Positions 24,301 to 33,978 of a DNA stretch of 40,142 bases are shown here, piece after piece. Under the pieces are notes generated by a model. That model was not told the origin of the DNA and did not search any database. It saw only the letters and a program-made list of their open reading frames with translations. Each line of letters begins with the position of its first letter. Within the stretch, counting starts at the first letter, position 1. This DNA is from Nemertoderma westbladi (Eukaryota; Animalia; Xenacoelomorpha), in the NCBI GenBank assembly GCA_032718475.1, contig JAUCBJ010001065.1, forward strand, positions 1 to 40,142. Reading direction: 5' to 3'. A program made the translations under genes and the position numbers.

Positions 24301-27300
24301 TCCAGGCTGAGGATGGCAGAAACCAGTTCGATAGGCTGGTGCTAAACTAGAAACGTGAAGGAATTCAACGTTTGTGTTGAAATATTCCAGACCTAAGGTG
24401 TACCAAATTAGTTCTGGAATACCTATATTTCGTGCGGTATATCCCTTATCCTTTTTAGCCCGTTTTTCTTCTAGGAATTTGCAACTGGTTATTTTTTCGT
24501 TCACCAATTCCCTACTTTCCCCTGTGAAGACACCCGGTTCTTTTGTTTCTGTCAATATATTTTTGCAGTGTTCCTCTTTACCGGCTGCATACTTCAACAT
24601 ATATGAGTTCATAAAGCGATAGTAAGGGACTTGTACATTGGTACAGGAACGCATAAGACAGAACAGTCTAGGAATGGTAGGAACAAAGAACTCATCACCA
24701 TCTGACACATAACCATAAGTCCCACCCATTAATAAATTAATTGGTGTTATCACCTTTGTGAATGGATCCTGTGTGGCGAGGTTTAATTCTAGAAGTTTGC
24801 TCAGAGTCTCATCTTTATATATTCCCGTTTTCTCATTGAAATAAGGTTCATTAGAGCGGGGGTACTTTGTATATCGACATATTGGGTTGCCATGGGTATC
24901 TGTACGTTTGTGGCACCGTTCTCCTGCTTTTTTACAGTTGTGAGTCTGTAAGAATTGCAGGTTAGTCATGAATTTCTTTTTATCATCGTGGTCTGCAATC
25001 AGTCCCTCATCTATTAGCTGATTTAGGTCAGTTCCGAAACTTTCGTGAAAAAGACTCTTCGACTGGCAGCAAATTCGTTCTAAAGTTGTCAAGACGGGTT
25101 CTGGGTGGAGAGAAAGGCCCATATGGATATGAGGTTTGTTCCCAAGGGCGTTTTGGTCTTGAAATTCGTACCTCCACCAAATATTTTTGACATGTCCAAG
25201 GGGTTGTTGGGGACTATTCTGTATCCAGTCCATTATATAGTGAGTTGTCCGGTACCAGCACCGAATTAGTACCACAGCATGGGCGTCGACCTGGTCTTGC
25301 TGTCGGATTGGATCATTCCCGTATTTCTCTACAATTTTAGTATATATTGGGGCAACTCCGGGGGTTTCGCTGTCGTTACAGGTCAGTGTCGCAAAATAAT
25401 CCCACTTCCCTTCCTTTGTCAATGCTGCAAGTTCGTTGACCTTTCTCTTGCAGTCATTTACTTCGTTGAAATTTAATTTTTGCTCTTTTGCAGCAAAATA
25501 TGTTTTGTAATCAGGCAAAAATTCAAGACCGCGATTTAGGGCTATAGAGGCTGAGGCATGATTTAGTGTAGTATTAATTTTTGTATCGAATGCAAAATCA
25601 ATATACGATAAAAATCTTGAAGTTTGTAAATCACCATTTTTGAGTCTTGCTTTCATATGGTCATCTAAGGAAGCGATACCACGCCTGGAGGTAGATTTAT
25701 CCGAATATAAAATGGAAGGGATGGCACCTAAAACGGAGTTGTCAGGGTTTGAATGATAAAATAGTCTCGGAAATAATATTCCTTCGGGATAAATTAGGGA
25801 AGCTGCTCCATCTGGGGTGAGTGACACTATGTTATTTAATATTCTATTAAAAGTGGAGCTATTGTAGGGAGGAATTTTGCGCCTAAGTACACCTAGCTCG
25901 TTGTTAAGGAGGACATGCACCCGAGATATTGTATTTAGGTCTATTAAAGGAACTCGGTCTTTACGTGCATATAACGGCATGACGTCATGTTCGTTAGTAA
26001 CCATTTCATGGTTCCCTAGGAGACCAATCTGAATGTTTATTTCTTCTATTTCGTCCTCGTTATCGGACACCACATCCATGAAGCGTTCTAAGGGATCTTC
26101 AATAAGTTGGTCAACATCTCCTTGGTTGTCCATGGCAACGCCTCCTGATGACGTGTTGATGTTATGATTAACACCATCAGCCACTCGACCAACGCAACTT
26201 TCAACCATAGTGATTGTAGGTTTCTTGACCAGCAGTCTACCGTGTTTGAAACAAACGCCCGTTTCACAAAATTGAAATGGTAAACCCCACGGGCATCGCC
26301 AGCGAGCGTTTGTTGTACAACCAATTTCACAGCAATTCGATGTGTTGGTGACATGTTGTTTAACTAAATATTGATTGTGGATTTCGCATTTCATTTTGTT
26401 CTGCCCTGCTATAAGGGATAACTGTCTATCCTTGTAGGTCATAGGTAGTGCTTTCTTTACAAAGACAAGTATGTTGAAATGTCTTAGGATAGTAGATGTG
26501 TTCACCATTGACTTTTCATATTTGGTCCCTAGAGTGTCCTGAAACTGAAATAATTCCCCCCATCTAAATAGTGTTCCCTTTGCGTTACTGGCACTCTGCA
26601 AATAATACTCGTTGCCATCCACAATAATGTTGTCTGTATCTATGATTAGGCTCTCTTCTAACTGTATTTGTCCCATAAAACTTCGTGTATTATTATCCCG
26701 GATGTATAGTTCAATATTAGTCCCATTTGAACCTCCAACATTACTTCTAGTGGATATTCCTTCTATTAGTGACAGATTAATAGCTGATTTGTGAAAAATA
26801 GAATCTGTGGTGTTACTTGACTGAGATACATTGCGTTCTAGTAGTCTCTCTGTTGCACAGTTTACATTACCACGTTCATAATTCAGCACTGTATGTAACG
26901 CAGTAATTAGTTGGTAGGATAACTGATTACTTTCTACTGTAGATTGTAGCAGTCTATGCGTTGGAGGGGAATGGGCTATAACTTGTAGTACGTTTTCTAG
27001 AATTGGTTTGGAATTTAAGGTTCTCGATGTGTTGGTAATGTGGAGTGGTTCACATCCGTAAGGGTCGTTTCCAGGGTGTACTAGTGGGAGGCTGTAATTA
27101 GTTTTACTTGTTTTACTCCCTTTATCTTTTGATGTGTAATTCTCCCATTGAAATAAAGCTTCATCCATTGGAACGTATGAACCACTCCCAATACATCCAA
27201 TTAGTCCAGCCTCCTCATACTTACCTGCACGGAGAGTCCCTCTCACAAATTCCTCCCCCATTTCTTGTCGGTTCAAAGTTGTATACAGGATGTCGGGTCT

Positions 27301-28461
27301 GTGGTCCAGGGTCAGTCGTTCAGCCTCAGCCAATCGGTCGTCTGCTATAGTTAGAATAAGTCCCGGTGTTAGTGTAGTGGACGATATGCCGTGGTATCCT
27401 CCGACTTCCTTGACTACAGGGAAACTTGCGGTGAACTTCCCCACCTGACCATCACGAACAATATTTGGAGCCACAGTTGCTGGTGCGAGTCGGTCGAGGT
27501 ACTGTAGGGCGTCGCCGTGGCCGGGATGTCGAGGAGGGTGGATGTAGGACTTCTCTGCAGTTGCGTGATCCTCGCACATAGCAACGCAAATGCCGCGGTT
27601 GGGAATGATTACCAATGAGGGACGAATTACGTATCCCAAGTCGTACCCATTGCACGGCCATTCTCCTACTATTCCACGGACTAATTCCTTCTTTGGTTCG
27701 AAGGAATGAAAGTTTGGAATCCACAAGTGGAGGAAATGGTGAAGGGGCAACGGCTTGATACGATCGAGGAATTCGTGGCACCCCAAAGGACATTTCACAT
27801 CGGGATAAGGATTGGTATTAGCAGCCTTCATGATGTTAACATCAAGATGACTGCTAATAAGGGTCATATGCCAATGGCGGTTTACGGTGATATCATTAAA
27901 CAAAGGTTCAACATTTATATGCCTTTGTATTCCAATGGCAAACATCTGTTGCACCCCATCCCAAGAACTCCTCAAACTCTGAGGAACAATCCTCCACAGT
28001 TTACCGTCTTTTGTGGTTCTTACCATAGTCCAATAATACGATGGCCAACCGTCTCTCCAACTAGGGTGTGTCTTATGGGTGAGGTATTCCTTGCACTCTG
28101 TACATAATATATACTCACCCCCCCTATCGGGCACCCTTTTCAACTCTCCATAATCCTTCAGAAAAATAATTCCTTGAAACTTCACCAAATTAACAACCAT
28201 GGCCTCCGTATGTTTTCTAAAACAATTAGAACACCGTTCATCGTTTAAGTTATTATCAACTTCCATGCCGGTAGCTTCGCCATCTGAAACGGAACCCATT
28301 TCAAAATCGCTACCCAAATCGTCCTCACCATAAAACTCTGTTGTACCTCCCATGCTATGTAACCCATGGCTTTCAGTTTCCATAGGAACCTCCGCCTCTC
28401 TAACATTATGTACCATAGAGCTTGTTCCTGGTTGTATTTGAGACTCCTCCCCCACCCCCAA
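21397..28461 (-). CDS. Helitron/Helentron-like Rep-helicase polyprotein: Cys/His-rich N-terminal half, HUH Y2 Rep, Pif1-like helicase, C-terminal GIY-YIG domain
   Basis: 2354 uninterrupted codons (first ATG at 28416). Rep motif 1 YFATLTCN (aa ~1022), motif 2 WWRYEFQ..GNKPHIH (HIH at 25123-25131), motif 3 YMLKY (24589-24603). Helicase Walker A GPPGTGKT (23188-23211), TALTSNKA, GVHLHSLL, ILIEEIGLL, GDHEQLPPI, TVHRILG, QLHVTISR. GIY-YIG-like GFLYIL...TYIGE...LLEH...PW...VTGFP (aa ~2243 onward). Confidence 0.93.
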   Translation of the reverse strand: MGVGEESQIQPGTSSMVHNVREAEVPMETESHGLHSMGGTTEFYGEDDLGSDFEMGSVSDGEATGMEVDNNLNDERCSNCFRKHTEAMVVNLVKFQGIIFLKDYGELKRVPDRGGEYILCTECKEYLTHKTHPSWRDGWPSYYWTMVRTTKDGKLWRIVPQSLRSSWDGVQQMFAIGIQRHINVEPLFNDITVNRHWHMTLISSHLDVNIMKAANTNPYPDVKCPLGCHEFLDRIKPLPLHHFLHLWIPNFHSFEPKKELVRGIVGEWPCNGYDLGYVIRPSLVIIPNRGICVAMCEDHATAEKSYIHPPRHPGHGDALQYLDRLAPATVAPNIVRDGQVGKFTASFPVVKEVGGYHGISSTTLTPGLILTIADDRLAEAERLTLDHRPDILYTTLNRQEMGEEFVRGTLRAGKYEEAGLIGCIGSGSYVPMDEALFQWENYTSKDKGSKTSKTNYSLPLVHPGNDPYGCEPLHITNTSRTLNSKPILENVLQVIAHSPPTHRLLQSTVESNQLSYQLITALHTVLNYERGNVNCATERLLERNVSQSSNTTDSIFHKSAINLSLIEGISTRSNVGGSNGTNIELYIRDNNTRSFMGQIQLEESLIIDTDNIIVDGNEYYLQSASNAKGTLFRWGELFQFQDTLGTKYEKSMVNTSTILRHFNILVFVKKALPMTYKDRQLSLIAGQNKMKCEIHNQYLVKQHVTNTSNCCEIGCTTNARWRCPWGLPFQFCETGVCFKHGRLLVKKPTITMVESCVGRVADGVNHNINTSSGGVAMDNQGDVDQLIEDPLERFMDVVSDNEDEIEEINIQIGLLGNHEMVTNEHDVMPLYARKDRVPLIDLNTISRVHVLLNNELGVLRRKIPPYNSSTFNRILNNIVSLTPDGAASLIYPEGILFPRLFYHSNPDNSVLGAIPSILYSDKSTSRRGIASLDDHMKARLKNGDLQTSRFLSYIDFAFDTKINTTLNHASASIALNRGLEFLPDYKTYFAAKEQKLNFNEVNDCKRKVNELAALTKEGKWDYFATLTCNDSETPGVAPIYTKIVEKYGNDPIRQQDQVDAHAVVLIRCWYRTTHYIMDWIQNSPQQPLGHVKNIWWRYEFQDQNALGNKPHIHMGLSLHPEPVLTTLERICCQSKSLFHESFGTDLNQLIDEGLIADHDDKKKFMTNLQFLQTHNCKKAGERCHKRTDTHGNPICRYTKYPRSNEPYFNEKTGIYKDETLSKLLELNLATQDPFTKVITPINLLMGGTYGYVSDGDEFFVPTIPRLFCLMRSCTNVQVPYYRFMNSYMLKYAAGKEEHCKNILTETKEPGVFTGESRELVNEKITSCKFLEEKRAKKDKGYTARNIGIPELIWYTLGLEYFNTNVEFLHVSSLAPAYRTGFCHPQPGKKKALLVAGEDEELLPVLKRAHLPASRQFTPSQELLITDYIESSFSADRITKFNLRPPELLLFDTIEVYTKCFTFSYIRNNYELDLQIGECIWVDGLGRRVLLRASGITNAMAFLQHKVDSNDPLAINLLQEIFEPISNNNKEFITRFVNTRDTKPVIVVFTSITPFQTEKFLIHLMLSLGHFQTELDLFSTSCFLESFSLSKLIPDWNNVTNQDSLNLRRKYVLEQLGHYPISTRQLEKSLHTADSVLTAFLSGGNLQYTTLPIVQESLFREAASAEVIREEAAMKNSIIKGFVEKQLNIPAAELATATRENPLQWEPEITRHPSQPLTSVDEQKQTLTLCCKSIKDYLTPTITFVKPIIIVGPPGTGKTRTLQLAGAFAVSKGLRVCLTALTSNKARELGGVHLHSLLSLSGNSGSKGLEISKLSEESLYNLAKSSKKYAILQRLDVILIEEIGLLSGELLAVLDHVLKKITKTQLPFGGKLILASGDHEQLPPIQGTQIWLSPQFLSVFQVAKLSVYVRSAGDPALREVLELFRKHPLSQEDEDRIIFLLSTHCQFVDTWNDVPKECVRVVGKRPAEREATRLFLDSLQQDPNIVAIEYTSKDEMENHVGNWVDASPRVSKILDNEVREAKEILIPVGTIMRITYNGTTGRHTFSQGQLVVIERLPTPEDQHIICRLIPFAHGIVDFDNLEIYPLISLGLHVTPEVRVGTDLQKARREQWPVQHVAACTVHRILGETCPCVATKIGRQDSIWCMWLKQQLHVTISRPHYLRFLYFVGPKEETLLQIRILIKKNQPIEHHISDMINKLNVITLPIEGQQPSGPAPVPVLSHPPPLVQPRHCFAMDIQIPDDSCGFLYILVSVPFPEETYIGEAANLRKALLEHRLGQWPNRSENQNLQPWQPYAFVTGFPGNGFEETNIDVRKSLQIAILYRLKRNMSLTEVLEITIQMSRRENLGLRVVKVLNN

Positions 28462-29004
28462 TTATGTACTTGGCCCCCCACCCATGAGAATGTTCACATC
28501 TCGGGAAGACAGTGTTGCAGTCCCAGGTGTCAATGTGTGCCCCGCTACTTGTGATATTACTTGATTATTTTGTACAATGGCTACATAATGTACCTCATCG
28601 TGGATATACCCCAAGGAAATATTTGTAACCCCCTCCCCAACCACCGCCACATTGTTAACTCCAGTATCGTAGATTTGAAATTTAACCCCTAAAAGATTTG
28701 CTAAAACTCGTAATGAAACGTTATCCCCCCATTCCCTTCCATCCCGTACTCGACTCACATAGTTATCAAAGTTTACTGGTACAAACGGTTCAAATATATG
28801 TTGTTCGCGTAGTAGCATCTCGGCAACACACTTTCTCAGTTCTTTGACCGTGTAGAGATAACCAGTTCGTTGTTGAACGGCCATTGCAACGGCCAAGTAC
28901 TGACAATGGCCTGCTCCTCCACCACCACAGTCCACCGGACACATGTCATTCCTTGCGGCCATATCTTCCAACCGCCGTCTCCCAGAGGGAATCGCCAACG
29001 CCAT
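28462..29004 (-). CDS. OTU-family cysteine protease/deubiquitinase domain protein, in frame with the downstream Rep-helicase ORF
   Basis: OTU signature order GAGHCQYLAVA ... ELRKCVAEML ... YVSRVRDGREWGDNVSLRVLANLLGVKFQIY ... LGYIHDEVHY, with catalytic Cys and His present. OTU domains are an established accessory domain of Helentrons. Confidence 0.88.
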   Translation of the reverse strand: MALAIPSGRRRLEDMAARNDMCPVDCGGGGAGHCQYLAVAMAVQQRTGYLYTVKELRKCVAEMLLREQHIFEPFVPVNFDNYVSRVRDGREWGDNVSLRVLANLLGVKFQIYDTGVNNVAVVGEGVTNISLGYIHDEVHYVAIVQNNQVISQVAGHTLTPGTATLSSRDVNILMGGGPST

Positions 29005-29366
29005 TTCGTTGCTTTGAATCTGAATATGTGAGTCTGGAAAAAATAAATGTTCAATTAATTATTATGTAATATTCACCTGAACACACGGACACAGATATCA
29101 AGAATCGAATGTCAAAGAAGGGCACAAAATTCAACTCTACAAACAAAGGAACAGATATTTGTGCCAAGAGCCCCCCCCCCCCCTCCCTCATCCCAGTCTT
29201 AGTCACACACAAATTTCCCAATTTCAAAGTAAACCCTTCTTCTAAATATTGTAACATTAATACCCATCTTCAATACGGCAATCTCAAATTATTTATAATA
29301 TATCTTCTTTCGAAATATTTTTATATATAATAATTGAATGAAATATATAACCCACTCCACTGAACC

Positions 29367-29990
29367 TTATACTTATAACCAAATGTGGTATATTTTATCA
29401 TAGGTTCGTCAAGTACACCCCCCCCCCCCCCCCCCCTCATGCCACAAGTCTGAATGAATGAATGAATGATTTGATTTGATAACCAACACCATAGTGAACC
29501 AATTCTGTATCCGATCTGGGAGCTCAGTTGGTATATGACCGCACACCCTGGTGATGATAAGCGGAACTTTGAATCCTAGGTACCGGGTTCGAGCCCCAAT
29601 AGGTTCGGTTGAAAATTGTTTGCTGTGGAGAGTGTTATATCATCTAATAGTATTATTATATTTAATATACCTTCAAACTACCCAACAACAATTTATTTAT
29701 TATAACTTATTTTATTTCTGAAAACCAAAAAAAAATAAATTATTTTATATATATACTCAATTCAGCCATCTCCAGGGGAAATTGGACGAAAATAACAGTT
29801 GATTACGAGCAAAAATAAAACTATAACCTGTGCCATAGACTCTCGTTTATTGTTTTGGTTAGAATAGCCTGCCTCTATAACCAGCTCCTTTCTCTAAATT
29901 GATAATTAATATTGATGATTCGCCAAGGCGGGATGTGATTCCACCCCACCCCCCCCCCCCCATCTCGATCTAAACAGTTATAGTATTATA
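29367..29990 (+). repeat. Direct repeat copy 1 (~380 bp unit plus a ~250 bp insertion at ~29451-29700)
   Basis: TTATACTTATA..TATATTTTATCA..GGTTCGTCA..(C)n..TCATG ... GAAAACCAA..TTCAGCC.TCTCCAGGGGAAATTGGACG...(C)n..CAGTTATAGTATTATA is collinear with 33979-34359. Confidence 0.85.
29511..29608 (+). mobile_element. tRNA-derived SINE head or tRNA pseudogene
   Basis: A-box-like AGCTCAGTTGGTA (29521) and B-box GGTTCGAGCCC (~29586), an anticodon-arm remnant GGAACTTTGAATCC and partly pairing ends CCGATCT/AGGTTCGG. About 25 extra nt follow the D loop, so this is not a functional tRNA. Confidence 0.6.
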
Positions 29991-30183
29991 TATTACAGTA
30001 AAAATAAATAAAAAACGTGCTGGTTTAAAATGTGTTGGTCTAAATAAAATAAAGTTCTGGCTTACTCGCTCTGAAATCAATTACTTGGCAATGGAACTAT
30101 GTTCCATTTTCCTATAGGAATGTTGTTTTTGCACTGAAATTTTTACCAAATATATTAATTAACTATATTAATTTGTGACAGGT

Positions 30184-32456
30184 TGTCTGTATTGTCTAAC
30201 CATTGTCTGCACCAGTGTCGGTACCAGTGTGTGCACCACTGTCTGCACCAGTGTCTGCACCACTGTCGGCACAAGTGTGTGCACCACTGTCTGCACCACT
30301 GTCTGAACCAGTATCTGCACCACTGCCTGTACCCGTGTCTGAACCACTATATGCACCAGTGTCTGCACCATGTCTGCATCACTGCCTGAACCACTGCCTG
30401 CACCACTGTCTGCACCAGTGTCTGCACCACTGTCTGAACCACTGTCTGCACCAGTATCTGCACCACTGACTGCACCACTGTCTGCACCAGTGCATGCACC
30501 ACTGTCTGCAACAGTGTCTGCACCAGTGTCTGCACCACTGTCTCCACCACTGTCTGCACCAATCTCTCTGCACCAGTGTCGGCACCAGTGCGTGCACCAC
30601 TGTCTGAACCAGTGTCTGCACCACTGTATGCACCAGTATCTGCACCACTGCCTGTACCCGTGTCTGAACCACTATATGCACCAGTGTCTGCACCACTGTC
30701 TGCATCACTGCCTGAACCACTGCCTGCACCACTGTCTGCACCAGTGTCTGCACCACTGTCTGAACCACTGTCTGCACCAGTATCTGCACCACTGACTGCA
30801 CCACTGTCTGCACCAGTGTCTGCACCACTGTCTGCACCAGTGTCTGCACTACTGTCTGCACCACTGTCTGCACCACTGTCTGCACCACTGTCTGCACCAC
30901 TGTCTGCACCAGTGTCGGCACCAGTGCGTGCACCACTGTCTGAACCATTGTCTGCACCACTGTCTGCACCAGTGTCTGCACCACTGTCTGCACCACTGTC
31001 TGCACCACTGTCGGCACCAGTGCATGCACCACTGTCTGAACCAGTGTCTGCACCAGTGTCTGCACCACTGTCTCCACCACTGTCTGCACCAATCTCTCTG
31101 CACCAGTGTCGGCACCAGTGCGTGCACCACTGTCTGAACCAGTGTCTGCACCACTGTATGCACCAGTGTCTGCACCACTGTATGCACCAGTGTCTGCACC
31201 ACTGTATGCACCAGTGTTGGCACCAGTGTGTGCACCACTGTCTGCACCACTGTCTGCACCAGTGTCTGCACCAGTGTCTGCACCACTGTCTGCACCACTG
31301 TCTGCACCACTCTCTGCACCAGTGTCGGCACCAGTGCGTGCACCACTGTCTGAACCACTGTATTCACCACTGTCTGCACCACTGTCTGCATCACTGCATG
31401 CACCATTATCTGCACCACTGCCTGCACCATTGTCTGCACCAGTGTGTGCACCAATGTTTGCACCACTGTCTGCACCACTGTGCACCACTGTCTGCACCAC
31501 TGTGCACCACTGTCTGCACCACTGTCGGCACCACTGTCTGCACCACTGATTGCACCACTGTCTGTACCAGTGTCGGCACCAGTGTGTGCACCACTGTCTG
31601 CACCACTATCTGCACCAGTGTCTGCACCACTGATTGCACCACTGTCTGCACCAGTGTCTGCACCACTGTCTGCACCACCTACTGCACCAGTGTCTGCACC
31701 ACTGATTGCACCAGTGTCTGCACCACTGTCTGCACCAGTGTCTACACTACTGTCTGCACCACTATCTGCACTACTGTCTGCACCACTGTCTGCACCACTG
31801 TCTGTACCAGTGTCTACATCACTGTCTGCACCAGTGTCTGCACCACTGTCTGCACCAGTGTCTGCACCATTGTCTGCACCAGTGTCGGCACCAGTGTGTG
31901 CACCACTGTCTGCACCACTGTCTGCACCACTGTCTGCACCAGTGTCTGCACCACTGTCTGCACCAGTGTCTGCACTACTCTCTGCACCAGTGTCTGCACC
32001 AGTGCGTGCACCACTGTCTGAACCAGTGTCTGCACCACTGTATGCACCGCTGTCTGCACCACTGTATGCACCAGTGTCTGCACCACTGCCTGCACCAGTG
32101 TCGGCACCAGTGTGTGCACCACTGTCTGCACCACTGTCTGCACCAGTGTCCGCACCACTGATTGCACCACTGTCTGCACCAGTGTCGGCACCAGTGTGTG
32201 CACCACTGTTTGCACCACTGTCTGCACCGCTGTCTGCACCAGTGTATGCCCAACTACTGTCTGCACCACTGATTGCACCACTGTCTGCACCAGTGTCGGC
32301 AACAGTGTGTGCACCACTGTCCGTACCGCTGTCTGCACCAATGTCTGCACCAGTGTCGGCACCAGTGTGTGCACCACTGTCTGCACCACTGCCTGCACCA
32401 CTGTCTGCACTACTGTCCGCACCACTGTCTGCACTACTGTCTGCACCAGTGTCTAC
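30184..32456. repeat. 12 bp minisatellite (TGCACCAC/GTGTC)n, ~190 copies with higher-order blocks
   Basis: Direct inspection. Variant blocks recur, e.g. CCTGTACCCGTGTCTGAACCACTATATG at ~30326 and ~30651, and TCTCCACCACTGTCTGCACCAATCTCTC at 30541 and 31071. Confidence 0.97.
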
Positions 32457-32899
32457 TTAACGTTTACACCCACATGGCATTGATGTTCCAGTTTCCTACA
32501 CGAACCGTTGTTGTTACAATGTTGTTTTTGAACTGGAACTTTCTCCAAAATATATTAATTAACAATATATTGTGACAGGTGTAAGTTTCAAATATACAAG
32601 CTTACCAGGCCAGCCGAGAACTGGCAATAATGGACGGATCCATTGCCACCAATATTGTTGTAATAAATTACGCGCCTATGAAGGGCTGCCTAATAATAAA
32701 ACACGAAACATTGGGCAAAGTACCGGCTGTACAAGTATACAATTATTATTGTATGTTAAAAAAACACTATTTGTAGGAAATGTATCTTCTTCCACAAATA
32801 ATAATTAATAATATAATTAATAAAAAAATAATAAAATAATTAATATTTCTAAACTTTCCTGTTTCTCTTTCATTCTAAACTGTGTAGACATCATTTTTA

Positions 32900-33160
32900 T
32901 TGAGTGAATTCTACAACTATTATGATCGGTCATTCTAGAATTAATTTCGTTGTTGCTGGGCAACCGACTGGTTCCTCACAACCAACTTTGTATCCACAAC
33001 TACTGCAGGTTCGATAATGAACCCATCATCAAAGTTTCATCAAATTCAATTCCATCAACAGTTGTGTGTTCAAACAAACAAACAAACAAACAAACAAACA
33101 AACGTGTGAGAAATAAGGACATCCAACTTGGATCCGTCCATGCAATAACTCAACTCAATA
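32900..33160 (+). repeat. HINE/DINE-like fragment with a (CAAA)n microsatellite
   Basis: AAGTTTCATCAAATT followed by (CAAA)8 at ~33071-33102, a layout reminiscent of non-autonomous Helentron ends. Weak support. Confidence 0.35.
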
Positions 33161-33286
33161 CCGGTCTCTCGTGACATAAAGTTTTAATTATTTCAATTTA
33201 ATCTACATTAAACTAGTTTAATTAAATTTATGTTTGTGATTGCGTTCCACAATGACAATACCGTAGAAAATATTGATAAAACTCAC

Positions 33287-33379
33287 CTGTACTGTTTACT
33301 GTCCTTATGGCTCCATCTCTACCACCGCCTTCTCCCTGCTCCCGATCGGGGAGTACTCCTGTCTGGGTTTTAGGTGTTT
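33287..33379 (-). CDS. Putative 93 bp phase 1-1 exon (ETPKTQTGVLPDREQGEGGGRDGAIRTVNST)
   Basis: Acceptor TTTTTTTTCAG| and donor CAG|GTGAGT on the minus strand; open frame, GC-richer than the flanks. Confidence 0.5.
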
Positions 33380-33978
33380 CTGAAAAAAAAGATAAATAAA
33401 TATAATATAAAAAAAACATGCTAGACAACAGGAAAATATTCATAGATTGGGGTACACTATTAGGACGATCACTGGCACTAGTGGACATATTGTTTGTCTT
33501 TAAAATATAACAACTTGAGTTATCATGAAATATTAATCGTTTTAATTTTATTAGTCAAGCAAGTTAAGTAGAAAACCTTACCGGTAGGTATGTACAGCAG
33601 TACAACAAAGTGAAAAGTAACCGAGACCTAGCGTTGCATGCAAACAGTGATCAGTGGACGGCAGTCAGCTGACCGGTAGGTTTCGCCTCAAAATGGAAGG
33701 CATTCTCAAGGGGCCAAGCCGGGAAATGTCAATAAGAGAGAAGAAGTTCAAAGGGAGAAGGGAAGGGCAATGTGACAAAGAAAGGGGATTGTACAGTAAT
33801 TAACTGGGAAGCAGCACCACAAACTTCCGCCAATCACGTTTCTGCTTGCTAATTAAGGGCCGACGCGTTCGAATATAATACATTTCGAACTTTTGCAGAA
33901 TCAGCGCTGGCTCATACAAATCAATATGCGACCGACAAAGCATTCCATTAGGTCCGATTAGTATTTTGATTTGTAGTT

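Larger units (their letters stand above)
21397..29033 (-). mobile_element. Autonomous-type Helitron-like rolling-circle transposon, coding core only (termini unresolved)
   Basis: The Rep plus Pif1 fusion is diagnostic of Helitrons, and the OTU domain suggests the Helentron/Helitron2 group. No unambiguous termini were identified. Confidence 0.85.

Noticed and set aside
21455-28554. Small ORFs overlapping the large ORF on either strand
   Set aside because: Shadow frames of the Rep-helicase gene with no independent motifs.
29511-29608. Functional tRNA gene
   Set aside because: Extra sequence after the D loop and imperfect acceptor and anticodon stems; treated as a SINE head or pseudogene.
30168-32575. 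Mucin-like, His/Cys-rich or antifreeze-like proteins (APLS, HHCL, CTTV, VQTV repeats)
   Set aside because: The 12 bp unit lacks stops in all frames and frame-shifting indels are tolerated, so there is no sign of coding constraint.
32606-32726. Additional minus-strand coding exon (TACAG|...CTG|GTAAGC)
   Set aside because: The splice signals look good but all three frames contain stops; at most a non-coding exon.
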